A DNA stretch of 44,142 bases, from the NCBI GenBank assembly GCA_032718475.1, contig JAUCBJ010007326.1, positions 1-44,142 of the forward strand, given 5' to 3'. The translations under genes and the position numbers were made by a program. Position 1 is the first letter of the stretch; every line of letters begins with the position of its first letter. The DNA comes from Nemertoderma westbladi. Its lineage: Eukaryota; Animalia; Xenacoelomorpha. Below are positions 1 through 12,779 of the stretch, one piece after another. The notes under the pieces are model-generated. The model was given only the letters and a program-made list of their open reading frames with translations. It ran no database searches and was not told where the DNA came from.

Positions 1-971
1 GAAGTTGCGTTTCGGCAACTAGGTCACAAACCTCGTATGTAATGTAACTGTGACTACATTCATTATGAAAGTAAATTATAAATTATAACAAGTTTAAAAG
101 TTAGTTATAGTTATTGATGGCAGAGTTGTTAATTGGTCATTTATATGTATACATTGCCGGTGTGCACATATGGCAGTGATAAAATATGATTTTGTGGTCT
201 GATTGATAAAGGTGGAATTTTTCTCCACGAAAATTAGAACTAATCATTGTAAGCTCTCCATTTTGGGCGCAAACTGATCCTGAGATATGTCGGATTCTAA
301 ATTTTGTCTACCTAGTCGAATGCCAGTTGAAAAACCAAAATTGAAAAGGGGAATAGATAAACAGTACTGTGTGAATTAATATCAGATTTAATTATAATAT
401 CAGATTAAATTAATAGACTTATCATATATCGAATAATATGGGGACAATATACAGTATGGAATTAATAACATCAGTTTCTATATAACTCGAAGTGGAGTAG
501 GCGTGGGTAAAATAATGTAGAATGTAAATGAATAATGGGAAACGTAATGATGCAAAGGTAATAAATAATACTGATTTGCTCTGCCCTATGTTGATACAAT
601 GAGATGGTGACGTTGAGATTCCACCTATCTCTATACTGTAGGCTCTATACAGTATCCAGTTGGCCTTTGTTTAGGAGTCGAAAACATTCATAGTCTATAT
701 TTTCCTATTTGTTTAGAAGTGGCCGAAACACATATATCAGTTGCCGAAACGCATCTATCAGTTGCCGAAACGCATCTATCAGTTTGCCTAAGCGCATCCT
801 GTTAACAGTTGTCGAAATGCAACTATGAGTTGCCGAAATGAAACTATGAGTTGCTGAAATGCATCACTCAGTTGCCGAAACGCAACCTTATTACCATGTT
901 GCCAAAACGCGACTACGAGTTGCCGAAACGCGGCTCTAACGCTATTATCAGTGCCGAAACGCGACAACAGC
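1..971. mobile_element. Foldback/MULE-like non-autonomous DNA element, copy A (left end lies before the window)
   Basis: GTTTCGGCAACT motif at the start, array of AGTTGCCGAAA(C/T)G motifs at 739-960, right terminus TGCCGAAACGCGACAACAGC then CACCTACG. The complete paralog is at 29039-39327. Confidence 0.75.
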
Positions 972-1536
972 CACCTACGCATCCAATTTAGTTACTATAC
1001 CTAACCTTATACCTTTTACAAACATTTACCAATGACATTGTATGGTTATTACCAAGTTAGTTCTGTGTTTTAGCAACGAGACCATAACTTGTTAGTGGAT
1101 ATAGTGATGATTAGATTAAGATGGGTAAAATTTCCAATCCAGGATGTCATCCACTATTAGTGAAAAAGTTCATTCCAAATTCATTTCAAATTCAGAGTGC
1201 ATCTCTAATCAGATGGACTTGTCCATGCAATCGTATGTTTTCTATATAATATTGCAAAGTAAAAATATAAGCCATCACCGACTTGTGACATTAGATCTCT
1301 GACAGCCACTCAATAATGATGCCTTGTTACACTGATTCACATGTTTTTAGCACATAATTTTTTTGTCCACTAACCCTATTGTTTTATTGTTTCCTATATA
1401 TACAAATTTAAGTTATTCAAATTACTATGTTGTATTATTACATATTACATAGGCCTATATTACAGAATATTTTCAACATCAAATACAATATGTGAATTGA
1501 GTAATTTATATTATTTTTAATTGCTTCTTTACTCAG

Positions 1537-1750
1537 GGCAGAACATGCTGTTGTCATGGTTGGATATGATGATGAGGCATTCAGTGGTCAAAACAAAGAG
1601 TGTTTCCAAGTTCCTGATGAATTAGACAACAACATCATTATATTCGATTGTTACACTCCTGTTGCCGGAAGATATATCATCATTGAGAAAGAAATTGGAG
1701 GGGTATTGAGTTTCTGTGAACTTTATGTTTGGGGTTACTTGGTGTATTAG
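1537..1750 (+). CDS. Last exon of a PAN + F-type lectin (fucolectin-like) gene, copy A; intact in this exon
   Basis: Acceptor cttctttactcAG at 1536. Translation AEHAVVMVGYDD...NKECF...FDCYTPVAGRYIII...LSFCELYVWG* fits the F-type lectin C-terminal pattern (C...GRY.I...L..CE..V.G). Phase matches the exon at 28728-28847 of the paralog. Confidence 0.85.
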
Positions 1751-2362
1751 AATCCATTACATGCTAGATAATTATTTCTTGTAAAATAGTTAGATACCTT
1801 CCTGGTATTGACCCTATCATGTATTTATGGTTTGATAATTTTGTTTAGGTATCCTCTGCTTTTTTTATATGTTGACTGTTTAATGTTTTGCCTGTGTTAG
1901 TGTTCCTAAGCATAGTATTGTTTATTATATTGGTGTGCAGTTCGGAGCCGCATCTAATCATGTGAGGCATTATGGGAGAAAAGAGGGTCTCTGTCAAATA
2001 ATGAAGCAGAGATACCTTTCTTTGGTCAAGGTTGGTATGGTAGGTAATATTTATAGGTAGGTACCTGTGACAACATGTGTCCACCCAGGACAAATGTTCG
2101 GAAAGTCGACAATACTAGCAAAATCTCTAATGATAGCTTATGGTATTTTTTTGTAATTACTTCTTCCTACACTATCGTCACTAATCTTCAACCGTACCAG
2201 TTATCAGGAGGCGTTAAAATATCCCAATTCAAATAGTTACTGTTTGGCCGGTCAAAATGACTACCAATCAGTTATTGAATTAGTTGCTTCTATGTTAGTA
2301 ATAAAGCCATAAGATACTGCCATTTCAAGCCATTTCAAAATTTCCAGAACATTAATTATTAA

Positions 2363-2813
2363 CCCTTTGCGTACCAACACTTAATAAAGGCGGCACACTG
2401 CCGCCTTTTTTTGCAAATAATTCAGGACAATGCTCATAAAGGTGGCAGTGTGCCGCCTTTATATAATTATAACTTCACCCCCAGGGCGGCAGAGTGCCGC
2501 CTTTACATATATTATCCTGACCCCCAGGGTGGCACAGGGTGCCGCCTTTTTTAAAAATGCTCTTAAACTTTCTTATAACTATTGGGACGGAAAAATGGAG
2601 TATATATTCGTGTTGGGCAGGAAAAACTGGTCTAGAAAAGTTAATTTAATATTGCTTGAATGGATATTGGTTTGAGGGCATTTTAAAATACATAATTTAT
2701 GCAATTTAATTTCAATTTTGCCAAAAATTTTGTTACAAAAAATTAAGGCAGCAGTGAAAGCTACATTATATATTTAATATAGAGAACATACCCGGGGGTA
2801 AACGCCACGCTTG
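2363..2813. mobile_element. Left end of a piggyBac-like non-autonomous element (also at 40363-40811)
   Basis: TTAA|CCCTTTGCGTACC start, GGCGGCACACTGCCGCC hairpin and repeated GTGCCGCCTTT subterminal motifs. No matching right end was found. Confidence 0.45.
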
Positions 2814-3614
2814 GTGGGATAAATACCCAGTCAAAAATCCACATGCGATACGCATGCGGGTGACGCACCAAAACCGCATGCGTAGCGCATGCGCGTATGT
2901 CCGGTCGAAAAAGTGCGATACGCATGCAGACCGCATGTGTGTCCGCATGCGGACCGCATGTGTGTCCGAATATAGTCTGCATGCGGACCGCGTGTGTGTC
3001 CGAATGTGGTCCGCATGCGGACAACAAGTGTGTCCATATGCAGAACTACAAATATCCACACGCAAAACCCTTACCGCACAGGTCCATGCCCATTTCGCAC
3101 TCCTACTGCCAATTTGCGTCGAGTCACATCTTAAAAAGGTCGCATATATTATATATAGTCTAATATATGTCTGCTCATTTCTCAGTCGGTCTGTTTGGTA
3201 AAACTCCACTGTATGAATGTCATACATACAGTGTATCAACACGCACTTGTTACGTTTTATAGGATGAAGGGCCTTATGCAATTGAAAATATTGTGCAGCT
3301 CGAAGGCTGACTAAGTCTAACGTTTTGACTAATAACTCGAGTTTAAGAAAATATATGAGAAAGCTGCTTGCAGATTTGAAATCTCTATTAAAATCGGCGC
3401 ATGCACATGATAGGATTGGAAATTTGTTTGACAATTTCCAAAATAGGGGGGTGCTGTGCTATATTCCCACCCCCGTGTTGAGTGTTCCTTGGCGCTGATC
3501 TTGATTGGTTGGGAAGGCCGCAAATTGCCGCTAAAGATGTCCAAATGAAATTTTGAATAATAATTCAAGCACAGAGTGATACATTAACACTTCGCATTCG
3601 CACCATATTGTGTT

Positions 3615-3812
3615 GGGTCTAAACTCTACACCGACAACCATTATTAAAGCGAATTAATAATATTATTTATTAATTGAGGGAAAGGAACAGGTTACAGTGG
3701 AAGGTTATTCTAAAAAAACAATAAACGAGTCACAAACTCAGGTTACATTTTCATATTTGCTGTTGTCGGCAGTGGTTGTCGGCTGTCGGATATCGGCGTA
3801 GTGTTTAAACCC
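3615..3812. mobile_element. Small MITE with ~20 bp imperfect TIRs
   Basis: GGGTCTAAACTCTACACCGA ... TCGGCGTAGTGTTTAAACCC; ACCATATTGT occurs close to both ends. Confidence 0.5.
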
Positions 3813-5075
3813 TACCATATTGTAGTTTGTTAGAGAGCGTTATATACCTGTTAATGAATCAAAGCCTCAAATGTGCAGTAATAATTTGAACTCAAAATGA
3901 GCGACGGGTAAGGGAGGGGGTGGTGGGTCTATCGACACAAATTGCACCTGGACGAAGAAATAATGAAGTTAATGGGAATCGAACGAATACAATGGCAATA
4001 TCTTATAACCAAAACATAATAAGTAACAGGTCTTTCAATTATTGCTCGTTATAAAAACAAGTTACAAACAAAAATGTTACAAAATAGTTTTATTAGGATT
4101 AGGAACTTGAACAAAATACTCCAAACAAAACATTTTTATTTTAACCTTATTTAATCAGAACTGTACACTCGAATTCGCTTTCGTCGCTTGATCATGTCTT
4201 TTTTAGATATTAGTGTAATCTTCCTTTTCCTTCCCTTAATAATTTCCTCGATGCCTCCGTCATCACGCCCTCCCTCTCCAGCCTCCGTCTGACTGTCTGA
4301 GCGCCACCACTACGTCCTCCCTCTCCAGCCTCCTTCTGCTAGGCTACGCTAGGCTGTCTGTTCTGTATGTCTGTCATTGACATCTCACCTTCCTCAGTTC
4401 AGCAGTACCTGCTTTCAGTCCGGTATCTTCTGTCTTCCAGTCTTCGGCGTAGCGTACATCTGCTGATCTGTCTCTGTCTGTACATTGCACATTGCAGCAT
4501 TGTGCAGAATACGCCGAGTTGCCGAGCCACGAGCCAGTCAGGCAGCAGGCAGCGTATTTACTTACATGGCTTCCGACTGTCCGAGTAAATGCAAAAATAC
4601 GCAGCGTATCTTCCCTTCTGCCGTCCGCGTAAATTCGGCTGTTCCGAGAAATTCCAGTCTGGCCTACCGGTAGGTAGCGGTGCCGCGCTACCGGCAGACC
4701 GGGTAGGCCTATTTTCAGATTTTATTATTTTGCATGTTAGTTTTACCTGATGACAGGTCAGCCACCAGCCGGTACCATTACATGCAGACATGTGCTTTAC
4801 TGCAGTACTGCATTAGGGCATTACCTGGATTGGCCTACAACAATATCAGAATACAGGAATAGGGCTGTAGGGACTGAGGGAGCAGATAGCTTACTGCATA
4901 CTGCTGTACTGCAGTACTGGTAAATTTGACCTAGCTCAGGAGAAGCTAGAGGTAAAATAGCTGGCAGCCTGATTTTCCCGCCAAAACCATGATTTGTGTA
5001 GAAGACAACCAAATCCTTAATTTAAAAATCCTGAATTTCCATTGGCAGATAGGCTAATTACGATTTTTCTTAGAA

Positions 5076-6330
5076 GTGAAGGAGGCTGCTCCTGTGTTGA
5101 TTTATTATCAACCATCACCATCCCTTCTTATTAATGATAATTCAACCTCGTATACAGGTTTTTATGATTTTAAAAATGGCGACTATACTGCTTTCAGTGC
5201 TTACATTAAGAATAGTAATATTATTACCAGGTATGAAAGTTGTGTTACGGTAGACGATTTTTATGAGACTTTTTCCTCAGTACTTAAGGAAGGCATAGAC
5301 AAATTTGTCCCTTTCAAACCTTTTAAACAACGCAAAAAGTATTACCCGCTTTTTGTTAGACGCCTTCAGAGGGCGAAGAAATTACTGTGGAGGAAACGAC
5401 ATAGAGAGAATGGGCGACAAGAATATTATCGTGTGGCAAAGGCTGCAGCCTCTGCAGCTCACCGCGCTACCTGCATCAAAGAGACTGAAATCCTAAACTC
5501 GGGTAACCCTGCTTTAATTTATAAATATATAAATTCAAAGAGAAAATCCACCTTGGGTATTGGCCCTTTAAAATTCAAAGGTGATACGGTAGTGGATGAT
5601 GCGACAAAGGCCCGTATATTTAACGAGGTGCTAACCCAAAATTTTACAGTTGATAACAATGTAAAGCATCAATATACCCAGTAAAGTGCATAGTAGTATT
5701 AATTTGTCGACTATTAATTTTAGCCCGGTAAATGTGTTAACTTTTTTGAATAAGTTGCCCAATAAGAAAAGTGGGACCCCTGACAACCTACCGAGTATTT
5801 TATTTCATCGTTTATCAGTGTGCTTGGCTAAACCATTATCTGTTATATTTAAACTCTCTTTTGAGACACACACACTTCCATCTATTTGGCTTACTGCTAC
5901 CATTATTCCTATCTTTAAAAATGGTGATCCTTGCGACCCCTTTAACTATAGACCAATATCATTAACTTGCATCGCATGCAAAATTATGGAAATGTGTGTC
6001 AAAAATGATTTATTATCCTATTTGCTATTGAATAAATTGATCAATAAGGCACAACATGGTTTCTTGTGCCGTAGGTCTACCAATACACAATTATTGGAGT
6101 GTGTTACAGATTGGTATAATATGGTTGATAATAGGCAAAATATCGATATAATTTATATCGATTTCGCCAAAGCCTTTGATTCCGTTGTGCACAGCAAATT
6201 ATTAATTAAACTGAGAGCTTATGGCATAGCTGATGACTTGTTATTGTGGCTTTCAGCCCTTCTGTCAAATAGGACACAGCGTGTTGTTGTCGGTAAATAT
6301 TGCTCAGATTTTGCACCAGTTACCTCCGGT
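5076..6330 (+). pseudogene. CR1-clade LINE ORF2 fragment (linker and N-terminal RT), frameshifted and 3'-truncated
   Basis: Motifs PIFKNGD, NYRPISLT, QHGF, YIDFAKAFDSV and RTQRVVV; ends at VTSG just before the expected VPQGS; frameshift near 5684. Confidence 0.92.
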
Positions 6331-8236
6331 ACAATATTATGGTGCAGGTTAACTGGCAGAATAACGTCATACAAGAGGCTGACTGAATTATAAAATTGAA
6401 TTACGCATCCAATCCTTGCGAGAACTATTCCGTAATTCAATTTCGAACGAAAATTAATAAAACGAAATAAATGATATTTAATAATAATTATGGTAGATTT
6501 ATGATATTAAGGCGAATTATATCACTTTTAAAATTTATAAAAATTTGAATCACGCATCCAATCCGCATGCGTATCGCATGCACAAGTCCGCACTTCAATA
6601 TTGCACCTAAATTAATAAAATGCAATAAATGACATTATATTTGAATAATTATGGTAGATTCATGATTTTAACATGAATTATATCATTTTTTAAAATTTCT
6701 AAAAAATGTTTAAAATTTATAAAAAATTGAATTCCGCATCCAATCCACATCCCGCATGCCCTACGCATGTGGATCGCATGCGTCTTTTTGACTGGGTATT
6801 TCTCCATTTGACGCAACACCGCCGCGGCCGCTATGAGGGAGGTGAATACCGCGGCCGCTCCTAAAGCCGCAGGCCATCGCTAACTATATAGGTTAACTTG
6901 GGATTCTGGGGGACTTTTCGATGAAGGAACAGACCAAATTTTTTTATTTTCTCACCAGGGGAGCGGCTCGGAATTCTAAGATATTAGCAACTCTAACATT
7001 ATTAAATCTAACCCTTCGACGGACACGGCGGACAAAAATCCGTCATTTTTTCGACAATTTTAAAATTTTTTTGAAAGGCGCTCTACAGTGGCTCGAAAAA
7101 ACCCTAGGTTATTGCTTAGCCGACGCCGGGATACGATAGAAGGGATTAATTAGTGAATTCGTTTTTTTTTTCAAAAAAGATTACCACGCCTTTTTTCCGA
7201 AAATGTCCGTCAAAGTTGAAAAAACGGACAAAATGACTTTGCGGGATCCGCTATAACTCGGCTAATATTAATCGTACGGGGACGAAAGTAACGCGGTTGG
7301 AAAGGGGAAGAGTGGTACTACCTTCGTATCGAATGGGGGTAAGATATTTATTAAAATTTCGGGTGGAAAAAGGGGCTGTAAATTTGTACGTTTTTGTCCG
7401 TCTTTTTTGGAAAACTTATTTCCGAAATGTTTAATTCGACAACGCGGGTAGGAATCCACTAATTCTTTTATGAAACTCGTAGAAGACCATTGGGGCTACG
7501 TTCCTATCGAATGGGGGTACAAAAAATATGTCGGCAATAGGGGCCAAAAAGGGCCAGAATTTGTAAAGTAGTTTTTATCGAATAATTTTTTATTTTTAAC
7601 TTTAGTTGGCTAAGGTACATTCTATACAGTCAATATCCATACGGGGAATTCAAATATGCTATCGGTTTTGCTCCAAGGATGATATTAAAAAATGAGGGCC
7701 AAAATTATAATTTCGCGCTTCAAACTTGCTTCGCGGGAAATCGTCTAGCTCGAAAACTACTTAACTTACGGGAGATTTGTTTACACAGATTTATAGTGCG
7801 TTAAATTATCTATCTAACAGCGTTAATCACTGCGCCGGAGGTATTATAAAACTGGGGCGGCAGGCGATCGTGTGAAATATAATATTTATAAAAAGGGACG
7901 AAATTTTTTTTTTTTTTAACAAATCGCTATTCCATTATAATTTAGCGTATTGCGCCAAAAGTACCTGTAAAAAGTATCAAATTAACTCCGCTATCTTTTA
8001 TCTTAACATATATAATTAAAATTACGAATTTTAAGGGTCGAAAAATATCGCGTTATTTTGGCCCTTTTTTTTAATTTTTTTGGGGCCAAAAATAACCCCT
8101 TCTTAAAAGATTAAGAAAAAAATTACGGCAAAGAATATACCAATTTTATTGAATTTGGACCACCAGAACCGAAGTTAGAGCGATTTTAGTGAAAAAATAA
8201 AAATAATTTTTTTTGCAAAAAAATTAAGAATGGTCA

Positions 8237-8309
8237 GGTCAATATTGGATTTCGAACCCGCGAACTTAGGTTTCATTAACGTGATTGATAACCACTAGAC
8301 TATGTGACC
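8237..8309 (-). pseudogene. tRNA-like sequence (pseudo-tRNA or SINE head)
   Basis: Minus strand GGTCACATAGTCTAGTGG (A box) ... GGGTTCGAAATCC (B box-like) ... TGACC; 73 nt with paired ends, but the anticodon stem does not pair. Confidence 0.5.
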
Positions 8310-9769
8310 AAGAGAATTTGAAATTTTCGAGTGACTATTTTTAAACATAAATAACTTCGGTTCTACAGGGCCGTTTAATCTGAAACTTTTTTCATTGGAT
8401 AGAGGATAGATTGTAGTGTGTGAAATAGGATAAAACTTGGGAAAAGACTTATGTGCACTTAGTGCAAAATGCACTTAAATAGTGAACATTTTTTCGATAT
8501 TTCAAACACTGTTATTTCCAGTTCTATTCATCGTAGAATGTTATTTTTTGGATTAAAATGTAGTTTGGAATGATTTCTAACTATAATCGTAACATTTGTT
8601 TAACTTTTTATGTCTATAAAGTGACTTAAAAATGTCCATGAATATGGTCCAAAATCGCAAATCCAGATTTATTAAATTGGATTTTTGACACTTTTAGCGA
8701 CTGACACTTGATCATACACCATCGTAGATCGGTAGAGGATAAACATAAGTTTGTTAAATAAGAGCCACCATTACGATCTGCTAAAATGCATTTGTACAAA
8801 TAAGTGTGCAAAAGTGCAAATTTTTTAATAAGGTCAAATTATATAGTATTGGGTTCTTTTCTTTGCAGATACTTTATTTTCATATTAATATGTTGTTTGA
8901 ACCTTACTGAGCGCATTAGGGGATATGCGTACAAATAACCGGCCCTTATGAGGCTTCGATTGGGTAAATTAATAAAACATAAGGTTGTATAGTATAATAT
9001 TCTAAAAACCAGTGTGATATTAAATGCACTTTAAATAATAAATAGAAATCAAATAACAATTGGACCACACAATTAAAAACTCGCACAATTTTGTACTTAT
9101 TATATCGCTTCAAATTAATTCAACAGTGGATATTTGGGGGAAGGGGGAAGTTACAGTCTGCATTCGGGGGAAGTTTGGTGAACTGCATTTATGCAGTGAA
9201 TCCAAACTTCCCCCTTTGATATATCATATACTTAAGACATGCTAGGGTGACGGGGAAATATTTGTTACTGTCACATTTTGCTTCCATTTATCCTATCCTT
9301 TATTATTACCCCAGTCAGATAAGATATAATAAATCAGTAAAAACTAAACTAAACTGTCTTTCATGCAAACAAATTTCTAACTAAAGACGGGTGAATGACC
9401 ATGACCATGGAAATAATTTTAAATATAATTGTATATCAACTATTTGGGGAGGCTTCCAAGTTAAACCCGAAAACAATTACTTTGTTACATATATAGTAAA
9501 TAACGTTGTATGTTCTTCTTCCTCTCATAATAAAATATAAATGAAATATCTCAGATAGCTATGCCCTGTAACATTTCACAACCAAAATATTTAAGTGTGA
9601 AAAGTGTAGGCCTACCACACTCCGCCCAAACAACCGCAAACGCATAGCCAACAAATTTAACAAAAGGTTACATACATGTTGGGTTCATGACGAGATGAGT
9701 GAAAATTGATCGCGTAATATAAAGTAAAAAATTAAGAGACGGGCTGGCTCTCCTCCACTTTCTTACCTA

Positions 9770-10345
9770 ATGGATATGTTGTTGTAATAATCTAATATTG
9801 GGGCAGCTTTCTCTCGTTTTTATATATATATAATATATATATGTACAAATGTCAAAGCATCCAAATAAGGGGCACAGCATAGTAGTTTTCGACCAGCCTT
9901 TAGAGCTATTTCGTCTATGTGTATGTTGAATGACTAAGGTTGTGAATATCACCCCCAAAAGTTTAATACTCTGGACCACATTAATAGAAAGGTAGCCCAA
10001 CTTGAGTGAAAGTGGTGTTACATCTGATTGCTTATTTAACCTGCTGGTTAAGACGCGGATTATTTTGCTCAAAAACGACTTTCCATTTTTCCCCCCACAG
10101 ATTTATTTAGTGCAAATCCTCCTGCATCTGGGTGAGAGATAGATCTCAGTTGGCTTCGCTAAGAATTAAGCAGTATAATGAAAAATCATCCGCATATATT
10201 GCCATTGGATTTGAAAGGTCTGTCACCAGATCATCAATATACACCAGGAAGAATGTTGGACCCAGGAGTTATTGCAGGGGAACAGAAGCATTAATACATC
10301 TCGTTGGGAGCATTTGCCCTCAACAACCACTCAAATACTACAGTT
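9770..10345 (-). pseudogene. Degenerate CR1-group LINE RT fragment
   Basis: Minus-strand translation INASVPLQ*LLGPTFFLVYIDDL...IYADD, then IKLLGVIF further on. Confidence 0.85.
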
Positions 10346-10355
10346 GAGTATATAT

Positions 10356-12102
10356 TTGACTACTATCAAGCCTAAATAAATTACAGTACATGCAGACTCC
10401 GAAATGGTTAGTTAGTATGCGTTCTAACCTAGTAGTACGACTTATTCTTTCGGGGGGGGGGGGGGGGGGGGATTTACCTTACAGTACTGGATGCCCCTAC
10501 TTTCCTAACCCGCACTTTATTGGACATACACTCTACATGCACTGCAATCCGTTCAGACCTATCAACAGTCAGACAACAGTCCAGCCTACAAATTATCTGT
10601 ACGATCTGAGCAGGCTTACACGTCTTCTGCTCAATATTAGCCTACAGATAAATAAAACTGACAGAAATAAGTAAACCATACAAAGGAATAAGGGGTGATC
10701 AATCCCTAATCCCCTAACAGCCTACAATATACAATATATCACAATCGAAATAATACTAGTACCTTTACTGCTGTAAGTACCGGTTCCGGTGGTTAGGTAG
10801 TTAGGCCTACAGGTTACCGGTCGACCGATACTTTTCAACTTTATTGCTTACTGCAATAAAGAAGCTATAACTGTTATTGTTCTTACCAGAACAATAGTCA
10901 ACTATATTTATTGCCTACACTGCAATCAGAGTTAATAACTGTTATTGTTCGCGCTTTTAGACCTTTAGCAGTTTAACCCGCTAATTTTAGGTGTCTTTTA
11001 GTTTGTAAATCGACTTTAGCCTATGACGAGTATTTGATACACTACATTAGCCGAAGCCAGCCTATGCGCGACCATTCACCCGCTGGATATACCCGGGAGA
11101 CTGGATTCGGGGGCTCTGACCTTATTGCGGTGTAGGCCTACTGTATTATTCGATTGATCGTTAATATATAATCTCTGACAAATATTATTCACTTTCGGGA
11201 AATATTAACAGTTCCCTTTGGACGTGGCGCTCTAAATATATAAACAGAGCTATGACTTACACTAAACACAACGGGATGGCTAATGATTCACGTATAAGGC
11301 GCATTCTTTAGGAGATGCTTTGTTATCTGTCACAGTCATGCACACTACCGGTACCGCACAATACTGCACACTGATCTGCCGACCTTCACTAATTTTAGTC
11401 ACATATAAAGAGAACAGCAATTGACCCATGTAGTACCTATGAAATAGCATTAGATTCACTCCAAAACCAATATCATATAAGTCACAATTGCTATATGTAA
11501 CCGGTCTCTTACCTTCAGTATATCAAGAAGATGGGGTTTTATGATTATTTCTCGATATTATCCAAATATAACAATTTTCCATCAACAGATACAATTAATA
11601 ACCGACAGTAAATAGCAGTAAAATAATGCGGTGAAAGATATGTATAGCATTTGACAGGCAGGATAACAGTTATACGTTCCGGTAATCAAAGCCGTTCTAA
11701 TGTTTTGGCTAAAGTCTGAAACAGAATAATTCCATAGCCGATGTTCATGGCATCTGTAAAACCAACACACTGAAACCTGTGCGCTGTTGTATGCAGCTTT
11801 CAACACAAAGAGAAATAGCTCTCATTGGCAGAACTCCAGATTCTATAGGTTCCACGAACGTCTAAATGCCAAACCTCCCTAGCCTTTGCGGCCCATAGCC
11901 AACACAAGGGTAAATCGCTCTGATTGGTCGATCATTGTTCTGATTGGTTAATCGAACAGAACGGCCATACGTACAGCAAATCGGCCAATCAGCCAGCAGA
12001 ATGCATCACTCGAGCAAGGCAGTTTTAGAGTATTTGAGCGCATTGAGGGAAAACTGGATTGCGGAGAAAAAGGGCCAGTTACATCCCGCAAAAGCTTTTA
12101 CA
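10356..12102 (-). mobile_element. Truncated, diverged sister of the BEL/Pao element: full LTR (12102-10946) plus ~590 bp of leader
   Basis: Reverse complement begins TGTAAAAGCTTTTGCG and ends AAAAGCGCGAACA. 10356-11830 aligns by eye to the reverse complement of 13060-14433; the U3-proximal part is more diverged. Confidence 0.9.
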
Positions 12103-12779
12103 CTACTAGTCACTCAATTTTGGTCCAAATTTCTTGAAACCAACTTTTTTGGACTCAGCGTGATCGACTCTACAAAAGTTATCTTGTAGAATTTTTAATT
12201 AGCCATTTTTATTTTAATTAATTAAATTAATTAATTAATTATCATATTTTTAATTAAAATTGGCTAATTAGAAAAAATGGTAATATTTATAAAAATTCCA
12301 TAAGATAACTTTTAAAGAGCTTCCAAAGCTCGTTCGAATGAGCCATAAGGAAGAAAATTGGTTAAAAAATGACGGAGGAGTAGTAATTTGAAAATGAAAA
12401 ATGTCATTCCGAGAAAATGCCCTTCAAAGTTTAAACCGTCCCGCCAAAATTGGCTGTCTGCATTCTGGTTGGTTAATTATTTCCGGCACGAAGGATGCAC
12501 ACCAACGAGCTAAAATGTTCATTACGGGGTTTTTCGGGGTCGCTGATCTCATTTCCGATGTCAGTTTTAAATTTTGGTGGATTCTAGTCTGTCTGTCTGT
12601 CTGTCGGTCTTCTGTCTTTCTTACAATTTGACGGACAGACCGTCATATGGAAAAACAGTGATAACTCGAGAACTGAAAGAGGTCTCACTAAGCGGTTTTT
12701 AGATTTGTAATCCTTATTAAATTCTGCACTTGATGAAATAAAGAAACAACAATTTGAAAATTTTACCTGAGGGGGGTAT

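Larger units (their letters stand above)
2826..6796. mobile_element. CMC/EnSpm-like non-autonomous TIR element with cargo
   Basis: TIRs CCCAGTCAAAAA / TTTTTGACTGGG flanked by TA on both sides; subterminal arrays of CGCATGCG-type motifs at 2840-3090 and 6550-6785. Superfamily inferred from the termini only. Confidence 0.75.
1..10355 (+). repeat. Segmental duplication copy A (paralogous to 29155-41353)
   Basis: 1-658 matches 29155-29822; 659-2813 matches 39037-40811 apart from two small deletions in copy B; 9817-10355 matches 40812-41353. Homology stops at GAGTATATAT. Confidence 0.95.

Noticed and set aside
720-965. CRISPR-like array of AGTTGCCGAAAC motifs (also at 39100-39320)
   Set aside because: Period is only ~20 bp, spacers resemble each other, there are no cas genes, and the motifs are mirrored at the other end of a TIR element.
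2761-3434. Cluster of overlapping ORFs on both strands
   Set aside because: They arise from stop-poor CGCATGCG subterminal repeats and show no protein motifs.
7011-8970. Large non-autonomous DNA transposon starting TAACCCTTCGACGG
   Set aside because: The sequence looks repeat-derived, but no matching right TIR or TSD could be identified.
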